26,380 bases of DNA from IMG/VR virus record IMGVR_UViG_3300021963_000032. One strand, 5' to 3'. The stretch comes from a virus. Taxonomy: Duplodnaviria > Heunggongvirae > Uroviricota > Caudoviricetes. Within the stretch, counting starts at the first letter, position 1; each line of letters starts with the position of its first letter. Both the position numbers and the translations under genes were made by a program. The notes beneath the pieces are model-generated. The model was not told the origin of the DNA. It did no database searches and saw nothing but the letters and a program-made list of their open reading frames with translations. This document shows, one piece after another, positions 1 to 7,560 of this stretch.

Positions 1-2
1 AA

Positions 3-1394
3 GGTAATCAGTCTATAGGTGGTAATTACGGACACGCAGAAGGTTATCAAACCAAAGCAGCAGGAATGTATTCACACGCCGAGGGATTTAATGCATTTGC
101 AATAGGTGATTATTCACATGCCGAAGGTGAGAGTGCCTTTGCTTACGGACAAGGTTCACACGCCGAGGGTGTTAGTGAGACCTACGGTAGTTACTCACAC
201 GCAGAAGGTAATGGTAGCATTACATATGGAGAAAGTTCACACGCAGAAGGTCGCAAGACATATTCCGGAGCTGGAGCATATAACCCTGATAGTTCAATTG
301 CAGCCGGTGTATTTTCATTAGATAAATACTATGGTGATTTAACAGCACAATTTGCAGCAGGTACTTTCATAGTATTACAAGACAAGGATGGATACACAAA
401 TGGTGGATTCCCAGTAACAAGGATGCTTGAGATTGCATCTTCAACAATGAATGGAACACCAGCAACAGAAATCACACTAGTGGATACTAGCGTTGATACT
501 GGTGGTGGGAATAAATACCGAGTTGGGTACTCGTCCAACGGCATTGATACTGAATTATGGCCACTATATTGGAGTACTACAATTGGTAATGAATCACATG
601 CACAAGGTGTCGAGTCTGTAACTGTCGGATTATACTCGAACGCATCCGGAGGAAGTACTATAGCTCTTGGTGTAGGTCAATCAGTGGTTGGTTTATTAAA
701 CACACCAACCGAGGATAGTTATGCCTTTATTGTTGGAGGTGGTAATGAATCATCTGGTGCTAGAGACAACACGCTAGTTGCTACAACAGCGAATGTTACA
801 ATCAATCGACCAACAGTAATATCGTATAATACTGGCGGTACACAAGCGCTAAACACAACCGATCCAGAAGTTAGAACTGCACAAGTTTATGATACTACTA
901 CAAAGTCCCGCGACGTACAAGAGAAGATTTCCGATTCTATCGGAAGTAATCCAGTTAGAAACTACACCGGAGACATTATTGAAGGATATGTTAATCTATC
1001 TAACATACCTTTAGATGGACAACTATGTTACCTGGATAGTGATGATTTGTGGTATTTAGTAGATCAAAGTAGTACAAAAGCTACCTTCCTACTAGGACTA
1101 CCATTTAACATAGATACAGGAACTGGTAGATGCCAGATATTATTAGAAGGTCATGTAACGGTTACTGATTCGGGAGGAGGATCGGGATATCCATACGTCC
1201 GCGCAGCTGACTCTGGTATACCGGTATATATAGAGAACAATACAACAGTCGGTAATATGGACACCACTGTACCGACAACAACGAGCGGTACGAATGTAGT
1301 AAGGGTATTAGGACATTGCTATTATCAAAACTCAGTCAACACTAATAATTGGCAAATGAAATTTAAACCATCAAATGATTGGGTATTAATTTAA
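3..1394 (+). CDS. Tail fibre / receptor-binding protein with YadA-head-like beta-roll repeats (5'-truncated by window edge)
   Basis: Frame is open from base 3 (GNQSIGGNYGHAEGYQTKAAG precedes the M at 66). There are six ~14-aa HAEG repeats, further degenerate repeats (SHAQG, SNASG), an FIVGGG..RDN segment and a C-terminus VVRVLGHCYY...FKPSNDWVLI. It lies upstream of the tail sheath. Confidence 0.7.
   Translation, partial: GNQSIGGNYGHAEGYQTKAAGMYSHAEGFNAFAIGDYSHAEGESAFAYGQGSHAEGVSETYGSYSHAEGNGSITYGESSHAEGRKTYSGAGAYNPDSSIAAGVFSLDKYYGDLTAQFAAGTFIVLQDKDGYTNGGFPVTRMLEIASSTMNGTPATEITLVDTSVDTGGGNKYRVGYSSNGIDTELWPLYWSTTIGNESHAQGVESVTVGLYSNASGGSTIALGVGQSVVGLLNTPTEDSYAFIVGGGNESSGARDNTLVATTANVTINRPTVISYNTGGTQALNTTDPEVRTAQVYDTTTKSRDVQEKISDSIGSNPVRNYTGDIIEGYVNLSNIPLDGQLCYLDSDDLWYLVDQSSTKATFLLGLPFNIDTGTGRCQILLEGHVTVTDSGGGSGYPYVRAADSGIPVYIENNTTVGNMDTTVPTTTSGTNVVRVLGHCYYQNSVNTNNWQMKFKPSNDWVLI
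33..260 (+). repeat. Coding tandem repeat, ~42 nt unit encoding (S/G)HAEG-x9
   Basis: CA(C/T)GC(A/C)GA(A/G)GG recurs six times at 39-42 nt spacing. Confidence 0.85.
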
Positions 1395-1404
1395 TAAAAA
1401 ACAA

Positions 1405-2139
1405 ATGGGAAGCATACTAAAAACAGAGAACCTATCAATAATAATCTTAGAAAATCCAGACTATTCAATAGGTAAATTGACACCTAACTCGATTATCGAC
1501 TACAAGCTTACTATAGTAGGTATTACAGATGAGGGTAAACCCGTATACACAGTACATGCAAGTTCGGGAGGAACGACTTTAGGAAAATTAAACACACTAC
1601 TTTCAGAAGTACCTCAACCAAAGACTCAGCAAATTCAAGTCGAGTTAGATGTGTATTTAAACACAAAAGACGAAAAGATACACTATGCAACAGTATCTTC
1701 GGCAAATGACATGGCTAAGAAGTTTAGTGAAGTAGAGTCAGATTATCCATACATATTTAGTACTGACGGAGATGTGGAGATTAGACTGATCGCAGACTCT
1801 GCGATGGAGGATATATTAAATTGGAGTGGTGAGAGTATAGATATAGATGATTTGCGAACTCGCATCAACGAGTTAGATAGTATTATCAAGTCAACTCAGT
1901 TAAAAATGCAATTCCTAAAAAAATCATCAACAACACAAGCATATAATGGTCTTGGATTGGATAAAGTAGAGGAAGAGTTTGCAAAAAAAGGAATACCCGA
2001 ACCATTGCAAAAACTACAAGACAGCTATACAAAAATGTCCATGGTTACTTCGCTTGATGGCGATATCAAAGTTAAGGCTAACCTAATTGCAAACATATAC
2101 AAGAACTATAGTGCATTTATCAAACTAACTGGTAATTAA
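1405..2139 (+). CDS. Hypothetical protein (244 aa)
   Basis: Long ORF tightly packed between neighbours, A-rich initiation region; no recognised motif. Confidence 0.6.
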   Translation: MGSILKTENLSIIILENPDYSIGKLTPNSIIDYKLTIVGITDEGKPVYTVHASSGGTTLGKLNTLLSEVPQPKTQQIQVELDVYLNTKDEKIHYATVSSANDMAKKFSEVESDYPYIFSTDGDVEIRLIADSAMEDILNWSGESIDIDDLRTRINELDSIIKSTQLKMQFLKKSSTTQAYNGLGLDKVEEEFAKKGIPEPLQKLQDSYTKMSMVTSLDGDIKVKANLIANIYKNYSAFIKLTGN

Positions 2140-2141
2140 GA

Positions 2142-2738
2142 GTGGAAGATAGTCAAGTATCAGGTATTTCAGTATCGTTGATAGCTAACATGCGTGGTGT
2201 CGAAGCAGCATCGATTGCTAGCATTGGAGGCGTAGCAACTAGTGCTTTACAAGGATGGCCAGCAGCTGCTTATGGATATCCATTAGTTGATCCGAACTAC
2301 ACTGTAACAACTCAAAATGCATCAGCTGGATTAGGAATGGCTTATACCCGTATCAATATAGCTATGTCTGTTGATGCTCGAGCTAACACTGATAACGCAA
2401 TATACATGGGCTGGGTTGATCAGCAACAACCTGGTTCAAACAATTGGACACGACATCAAACCTTTAGTACAACGTTTAACATTGATAAAAATGGTCAACC
2501 CGTTAGATGGAACGCAAGCAATTTAACAATAGCCAATTCAGTATACGGAATAAACTCAGGTAGTGGAAGTCCATTACCATATAGTCTCTTCACTAACCAA
2601 CTCTATAGATTTACAGCTTTCCCAATCTTTGACGATACATCATCTTATGCATCGATTATAATAAATGCTGGTGATGCAAACAATGCACCAACAAAGATAT
2701 CGTACCAAAGCTACTTGGACGGCATTGCTCACTTTTAG
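2142..2738 (+). CDS. Hypothetical, probably virion/tail-associated protein (GTG start)
   Basis: 198-aa S/T/N/G-rich ORF; N-terminal short repeats (VSGISV, MRGVEA, IGGVAT); position in tail module. Confidence 0.5.
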   Translation: MEDSQVSGISVSLIANMRGVEAASIASIGGVATSALQGWPAAAYGYPLVDPNYTVTTQNASAGLGMAYTRINIAMSVDARANTDNAIYMGWVDQQQPGSNNWTRHQTFSTTFNIDKNGQPVRWNASNLTIANSVYGINSGSGSPLPYSLFTNQLYRFTAFPIFDDTSSYASIIINAGDANNAPTKISYQSYLDGIAHF

Positions 2739-2750
2739 AAAACAAACACA

Positions 2751-2758
2751 TATTTATA
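2751..2758 (+). promoter_or_regulatory. TATTTATA motif, putative late promoter
   Basis: Exact 8-mer repeated in 7 intergenic gaps; 15 nt before ATG 2774. Confidence 0.65.
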
Positions 2759-2773
2759 TTAAAATAAGTTATA

Positions 2774-3046
2774 ATGGAAAAAGCAGTTTTTACACAAGAG
2801 GAAGTTGACCAAATTAAGTTACTTCAAGACAAGTATAATACACTAGGTGTACAGTTGGTACAAATTAAACTTGCAATGAAGAATGGAAAGGATTACCTAA
2901 AATCCTTAGAGGAGGAAGAGCAACGAATTGACGAGCAGATTTTTGAAACAAACATGGAAGAAAAGGAATTAGCTAATCAATTGGATGTGAAATACGGACA
3001 AGGGTCGCTAGACTTAGAGTCTGGTGAATTTACACCAAATTCTTAA
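2774..3046 (+). CDS. Small coiled-coil phage protein (possible tail-fibre assembly chaperone)
   Basis: Acidic helical 90-aa protein ending KYGQGSLDLESGEFTP; between fibre genes and sheath. Confidence 0.55.
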   Translation: MEKAVFTQEEVDQIKLLQDKYNTLGVQLVQIKLAMKNGKDYLKSLEEEEQRIDEQIFETNMEEKELANQLDVKYGQGSLDLESGEFTPNS

Positions 3047-3075
3047 CAAAAACAAGGTTTCGAGTTCCGTTGTGA

Positions 3076-3083
3076 TATTTATA
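3076..3083 (+). promoter_or_regulatory. TATTTATA motif, putative late promoter of sheath
   Basis: GATATTTATATTAAA, 25 nt before ATG 3109. Confidence 0.65.
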
Positions 3084-3108
3084 TTAAACTTTAACAACTT
3101 ATTACGAC

Positions 3109-5487
3109 ATGGCCGAAAGAATAGTATCACCAGGAGTATTTACAAACGAGAAAGACCTTTCGTTTTTGCCTGCAGGAATTGCAGCAATTGGAGCAGCGAT
3201 CGTTGGACCAACAACTAAAGGACCTGCGTTTGTACCTACAGTGGTAAACAACTTTAATGACTTTATCGCGAAGTTTGGTGGTTTGAGCGAAGACACTTAT
3301 GTACCTTACGCAGTTAAGAGTTACCTAAACAGCGCCGCTACGGTGACTGTTGTGCGTGTTCTTACATCTGGAGGATATAATGCAAAATCAGTACAAATTA
3401 TTTACTCAGGTTCTCTTGGGTTTAAATTAGTTGGTGTAATTTTACCATCTACTGCAATTGGCTTCTCAACTGGAAACGGATTCGAAAAATCAGCATTTAC
3501 TGGTTCAATCAGTGTAACTGGATCCAAAGGATTCATCTTATCAGGATCAGGAGTATCAACTCAAGTATTAACAGCATCAGCTAACCCAGCAAGTGTAGAT
3601 TCATTTACAAACGTACTAGGTACATCAGTAAAAGGAACTAAGAAAGGATATGTGTACACGTACGCTAGCGACTTCTTAAGCTCTAATGCTGGTTTATCAG
3701 GATCTGTCTTCTTTGAGACTGGATCAACATCAGCACTTGTAGACTTGTCTAGTTCAATTTATGGAAACTATGCACCAGCTGCAACACCATACATTACATC
3801 ACAAATTATTGGGGGTTCTAAACTTCAATTATTTAAAGTAGTGTCTTTGGCAGATGGAACAGACACAAACACTGCATACAAAATTAGTATTGTCAACACA
3901 ACTATCCCAGGAACAGATCCAGGATCAGACTATGGTTCATTTACTCTATTGGTGCGTGAATACGGTGACACAGACCAAAGACCAGTTGTTCTTGAGTCTT
4001 ACACTAACTTGAACTTAGACCCAGATTCTTCTAACTACATCACAAGACGAATTGGAGATAGAAGCTTCTCAGTAGATGCAGCAGGTGTTGTATCAATTAA
4101 TGGAGATTATAGAAACGTATCAAAATACATCCGTATCGAGGTAGCTGACGACGTTAAGAACAAAGCAATCAGTGCAAATGTTAAACCATTTGGATATGAG
4201 GCTTTGGTACAACCAATCTCTTCAAGCTACACAATGCCAACAGCTTCTATAGTTAGCCAATTAACTCAAATCAATGGTTCTTATAGTAAGAAAGCATACT
4301 ACGGATGGGATTATGCATCTAATGACAACGTTAACTTCTTGAAACCTTTAGCAAAAGGAACAGTACAATTAGGAAACGGATTCAACTTAGATGAGTGTTT
4401 CTTACACCCAAGTGCATCTAAAGCAAACGCCAACTCTACATTCGTAGGAGGATCAAGTGTATCAGCTTCAGTCTTTGTAGGACTAGATGTAAATAACGTA
4501 TTGAAATTCAACATACCATTACAAGGTGGTTTTGATGGAATGGATCCAGCAATACCTAAGTATGTAGGTTCAGCTATTAGACCAAACAACCTATTTGGTA
4601 TGGATTGTACAAATGCAAATACGCCAGGTGGAGCAGCTTATGTAAAAGCCCTTAACACAATCGCAAATGCTGACGAGTATGATATCAACCTAATCGTTAC
4701 TCCAGGAGCAACAATCAAAGATCACGCAGCGATTATCAACAAATCAATCGAAGTAGCTGAAGATCGTGGAGATGCATTTGTATTAGCAGATCCAATCGTA
4801 CAAGGAGGATCAGTAGCAGCAGCAGTAGCAGCAGTAGTAGATTCAGGAATTGATTCAAACTACGTAGGTACTTACTGGCCATGGGTTAAAATCATCGATA
4901 CAGATAAAAACAAACCGGTATGGGTTCCACCAAGTGTAATCGTACCACGTGTAATGGCATACAACGATTCAGTAGCATACGAATGGTTTGCACCAGCAGG
5001 TCTAAATCGTGGAGGTGTATCTGAAGCAGTAGACGTAGAGTTGAGATTGAACCAAGCACAACGTAATGACCTTTATGAAAATAAAGTAAATGCGATTGCA
5101 ACATTCCCTAACCAAGGAGTATGTATCTGGGGTCAGAAAACACTACAAGCTAAACCATCAGCACTAGATAGAATCAACGTACGTCGTTTGATGATTACAT
5201 TGAAAAAATTCATCGCATCTTCAAGCCGTTACTTAGTGTTCGAAAACAACACAACAGCGACTCGTCAAAGATTCTTGAACATTGTAACACCATACTTAGA
5301 GACTGTAAAATCTCGTCAAGGATTGTATGCTTTCCGTGTAATCATGGATGAGACAAACAACACACCTGACGTAATCGACAGAAACATCATGTACGGTCAG
5401 ATCTACTTACAACCAGCTAAAGCAGCAGAATTTATCGTATTAGACTTTAACATTCTTCCTACTGGAGCAACTTTTGATAACGCTTAA
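3109..5487 (+). CDS. Contractile tail sheath protein (T4 gp18-like)
   Basis: N-terminal SPGVFTNEKDLS, IVGPTTKGPAFVP; C-terminal YWPW, WFAPAGLNRG, WGQKTLQ, LDRINVRRL, IYLQPAKAAEFIVLDF. Confidence 0.95.
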   Translation: MAERIVSPGVFTNEKDLSFLPAGIAAIGAAIVGPTTKGPAFVPTVVNNFNDFIAKFGGLSEDTYVPYAVKSYLNSAATVTVVRVLTSGGYNAKSVQIIYSGSLGFKLVGVILPSTAIGFSTGNGFEKSAFTGSISVTGSKGFILSGSGVSTQVLTASANPASVDSFTNVLGTSVKGTKKGYVYTYASDFLSSNAGLSGSVFFETGSTSALVDLSSSIYGNYAPAATPYITSQIIGGSKLQLFKVVSLADGTDTNTAYKISIVNTTIPGTDPGSDYGSFTLLVREYGDTDQRPVVLESYTNLNLDPDSSNYITRRIGDRSFSVDAAGVVSINGDYRNVSKYIRIEVADDVKNKAISANVKPFGYEALVQPISSSYTMPTASIVSQLTQINGSYSKKAYYGWDYASNDNVNFLKPLAKGTVQLGNGFNLDECFLHPSASKANANSTFVGGSSVSASVFVGLDVNNVLKFNIPLQGGFDGMDPAIPKYVGSAIRPNNLFGMDCTNANTPGGAAYVKALNTIANADEYDINLIVTPGATIKDHAAIINKSIEVAEDRGDAFVLADPIVQGGSVAAAVAAVVDSGIDSNYVGTYWPWVKIIDTDKNKPVWVPPSVIVPRVMAYNDSVAYEWFAPAGLNRGGVSEAVDVELRLNQAQRNDLYENKVNAIATFPNQGVCIWGQKTLQAKPSALDRINVRRLMITLKKFIASSSRYLVFENNTTATRQRFLNIVTPYLETVKSRQGLYAFRVIMDETNNTPDVIDRNIMYGQIYLQPAKAAEFIVLDFNILPTGATFDNA

Positions 5488-5496
5488 TACTTAATA
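5488..5496 (+). promoter_or_regulatory. Degenerate TATTTATA-like motif (TACTTAATA) before tail tube
   Basis: ATACTTAATATAAA resembles ATATTTATATTAAA and occupies the equivalent position. Confidence 0.3.
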
Positions 5497-5506
5497 TAAA
5501 CGACAG

Positions 5507-5995
5507 ATGGCAAATTTAATTGAAAACAACGAAATCTTCTACACACCTTACGAACCTAAGGTACAGAATAGATTCATCTTATCTGTAGAAGGCATCCCAG
5601 CTTTCTTATGTAAGAAAGTGTCTCGTCCAGGTATTGAGTGTGGAGAAGTAGTATTAGACCACATTAACATCATCCGCAAGATGAAAGGAAAATGTAAGTG
5701 GAACGATATCACAATCTCTATGTACGACGCAATCGTACCATCAGGAGCACAATCAGTAATGGAGTGGGTACGTGTATCTCACGAGTCAGTAACGGGCCGT
5801 GACGGATATGCAGATTTCTACAAAAGAGATTTCGATATCTTCGTACTTGGACCAGTAGGTGATAAAGTAGAAAACTGGAAAGTGAAAGGTGCATATATCA
5901 AAACTGCAACGTTTGGAGATATGGACTGGTCAACAGAAACTCCGGTTGAGATTTCTTTAACACTAGGAGTTGACTACTGTGTATTAGAATACTAA
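5507..5995 (+). CDS. Tail tube protein (T4 gp19-like)
   Basis: 162 aa directly after sheath; EPKVQNRF, KWNDITISMYD, VMEW, YKRD, GPVGDKVENW, FGDMDW. Confidence 0.9.
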   Translation: MANLIENNEIFYTPYEPKVQNRFILSVEGIPAFLCKKVSRPGIECGEVVLDHINIIRKMKGKCKWNDITISMYDAIVPSGAQSVMEWVRVSHESVTGRDGYADFYKRDFDIFVLGPVGDKVENWKVKGAYIKTATFGDMDWSTETPVEISLTLGVDYCVLEY

Positions 5996-6012
5996 GATCA
6001 AAAACTAATAAC

Positions 6013-6049
6013 AAAAAAGTCTCAGTAACCGCTGGGACTTTTTCTTTTT
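6013..6049 (+). terminator. Rho-independent terminator after tail tube
   Basis: AAAAAAGTCTCAG-taaccg-CTGGGACTTTTT stem (one G-U) followed by CTTTTT. Confidence 0.8.
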
Positions 6050-6056
6050 CCATGCA

Positions 6057-6064
6057 TATTTATA
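6057..6064 (+). promoter_or_regulatory. TATTTATA motif, putative late promoter
   Basis: Immediately downstream of terminator, 33 nt before ATG 6098. Confidence 0.65.
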
Positions 6065-6097
6065 AAGGAATCAAAGTTACTAAAAAAGTTTTATTTT

Positions 6098-6973
6098 ATG
6101 TCAAAAGTTCTTAACGACGAGTATCCAGCAGGAAAGATGCTCACAGACGAAGAGATCAAAGCCAAATTCATGGCTGAGTCAATCAACACTGGAACCCTAG
6201 AAACAGTATCATCACCCTCAATCGTACCAACGGAAGTAATCGAACTACCATCTAAAGGTTGGTTCTACCCAGAAGGGCATCCACTTTCAGAAGGAAAGAT
6301 CGAGATGAAATACATGACTGCAAGAGAAGAGGATATCCTTTCATCACAAAACCTTATTAAACAAGGGGTGGTAATTGATAAACTATTGCAATCACTTATT
6401 GTTACTAAAATCAACTACAACGATTTACTTACGGTAGATAAGAATGCAATCTTTATTGCAGCTCGCATCTTAGCTTATGGTAAAGATTACGATGTAGAGA
6501 TTGCTTGTCCAAGCTGTGGAGAGAAATCAAAACACAGTATTGACTTAGGAGATTTTGACGATAAACTAATTAGCTGGGAAGGATTCGAAAAAGGACAAAC
6601 TACTCACACATTCACTTTACCAATTGGTAAAAACAAGCTTACTTTAAAGTTCTTAACACATGGTGATGAGAAAAAGATTGAAGAAGCCGTGAAAGGGTAT
6701 AAAAAGATGAGTAAGCTTTCTGGAGTTGATCCAGAATTGTCTACACGTTTGAAACATATCATTGTAGCAGTTGATGGAAACGAAGATAAGGGAATTATCA
6801 ATAAGTTTGTTGATAGTATGCTATCACGTGACTCTTTGGAATTACGCAAGTATCTAAAAGAGGTAACTCCAGATATCGATACAACATTTGGATTCGAATG
6901 TCCTCATTGTCAGTTTGAACAAGAAAAGATGGCATTGCCCATCGGGGTGGGGTTTTTTTGGCCTGGGGTCTAG
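6098..6973 (+). CDS. Tail/baseplate hub assembly chaperone (T4 gp26-like, Zn-binding); 'G' product of a G/GT-type pair
   Basis: IELPSKG, MKYMTAREEDIL, ARILAYG, two CxxC motifs (CPSC, CPHC), ends FFWP; lies between tube and tape measure. Confidence 0.8.
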   Translation: MSKVLNDEYPAGKMLTDEEIKAKFMAESINTGTLETVSSPSIVPTEVIELPSKGWFYPEGHPLSEGKIEMKYMTAREEDILSSQNLIKQGVVIDKLLQSLIVTKINYNDLLTVDKNAIFIAARILAYGKDYDVEIACPSCGEKSKHSIDLGDFDDKLISWEGFEKGQTTHTFTLPIGKNKLTLKFLTHGDEKKIEEAVKGYKKMSKLSGVDPELSTRLKHIIVAVDGNEDKGIINKFVDSMLSRDSLELRKYLKEVTPDIDTTFGFECPHCQFEQEKMALPIGVGFFWPGV

Positions 6974-6983
6974 TTATAGACCC
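6950..6983 (+). promoter_or_regulatory. Putative programmed ribosomal frameshift site (GGG-U7 plus hairpin)
   Basis: GGG TTT TTT TGG (T7 at 6953-6959), 6-nt spacer, perfect 7-bp hairpin GGGTCTA-GTTA-TAGACCC (6966-6983). Confidence 0.65.
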
Positions 6984-7169
6984 ATGATGCAGGATCAGAT
7001 TTTTGATCTAATGTATTACGGAAAAATGGGATGGACCTACACAGAATTGTATAGTCTTCCAGTCCACCTACGAAGGTACTTCTATCTAAAACTAGCAGAC
7101 ATTCGGAAGAAAGAAAACGAGCAGCAGGAACAGCAAGCTGCTGAGATAAAATCTAAATCAAGAAGATAA
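6960..7169 (+). CDS. Tail assembly chaperone C-terminal extension ('T' part), probably expressed as a frameshift fusion
   Basis: Overlapping +1-frame ORF GLGSSYRPMMQDQIFDLMYYGKMGWTYTELYSLPVHLRRYFY...; the W-x4-L-x2-LP-x3-R pattern resembles tail chaperone extensions. An independent start at ATG 6984 is also possible. Confidence 0.65.
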   Translation, partial: GLGSSYRPMMQDQIFDLMYYGKMGWTYTELYSLPVHLRRYFYLKLADIRKKENEQQEQQAAEIKSKSRR

Positions 7170-7196
7170 GCCAGCCAAGCGTTGGCTTTCTTTTTT
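7168..7196 (+). terminator. Rho-independent terminator
   Basis: AAGCCAGC-caagc-GTTGGCTT stem followed by TCTTTTTT. Confidence 0.7.
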
Positions 7197-7202
7197 GGTT
7201 GA

Positions 7203-7210
7203 TATTTATA
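7203..7210 (+). promoter_or_regulatory. TATTTATA motif, putative late promoter
   Basis: GATATTTATATTAAA just after terminator, 12 nt before ATG 7223. Confidence 0.65.
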
Positions 7211-7222
7211 TTAAAATCAAAC

Positions 7223-7558
7223 ATGAGTAATCAAAACTTTGAAACAGCCCTACGACAAGAGATCCGAAAGCTAGCTAAGAAAAAGCTGGCAGAGGGTATG
7301 CTTGAAGAAACGGTAGTTAACTGGATGCTCGATAAGGTTAGTAATTTTGTTAAAGGACACTTTAATAGCGTAAAGGATTATCAATACGCTAGACTAATGT
7401 CAGATCCTAAATTCAAAGGTCTTCATAAGAGGTTTGGTATGAGTGAGAAAGATTTTATGTCAAAAGCTACTACCTTAATTAAAAAAGATCCAAAAGCGTT
7501 TATCGATATATTAGCATACGATGTACGAAAAGGTTCGTTTGCAAAATACTTTAGCTAA
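7223..7558 (+). CDS. Hypothetical protein (111 aa), possibly head-packaged
   Basis: ATG 7223 is preferred to TTG 7199, which overlaps the promoter motif; N-terminus LRQEIRK..LAE..LEE. Confidence 0.6.
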   Translation: MSNQNFETALRQEIRKLAKKKLAEGMLEETVVNWMLDKVSNFVKGHFNSVKDYQYARLMSDPKFKGLHKRFGMSEKDFMSKATTLIKKDPKAFIDILAYDVRKGSFAKYFS

Positions 7559-7560
7559 GC

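Noticed and set aside
33-260. Regularly spaced DNA repeats that could mimic a CRISPR array or DGR
   Set aside because: Repeats vary at third codon positions and are protein-coding; there is no cas or reverse transcriptase gene and no adenine-specific TR/VR pair was seen
4811-4840. (GCA/GTA)n microsatellite-like run
   Set aside because: It simply encodes VAAAVAAVV in the sheath with the preferred A-ending codons
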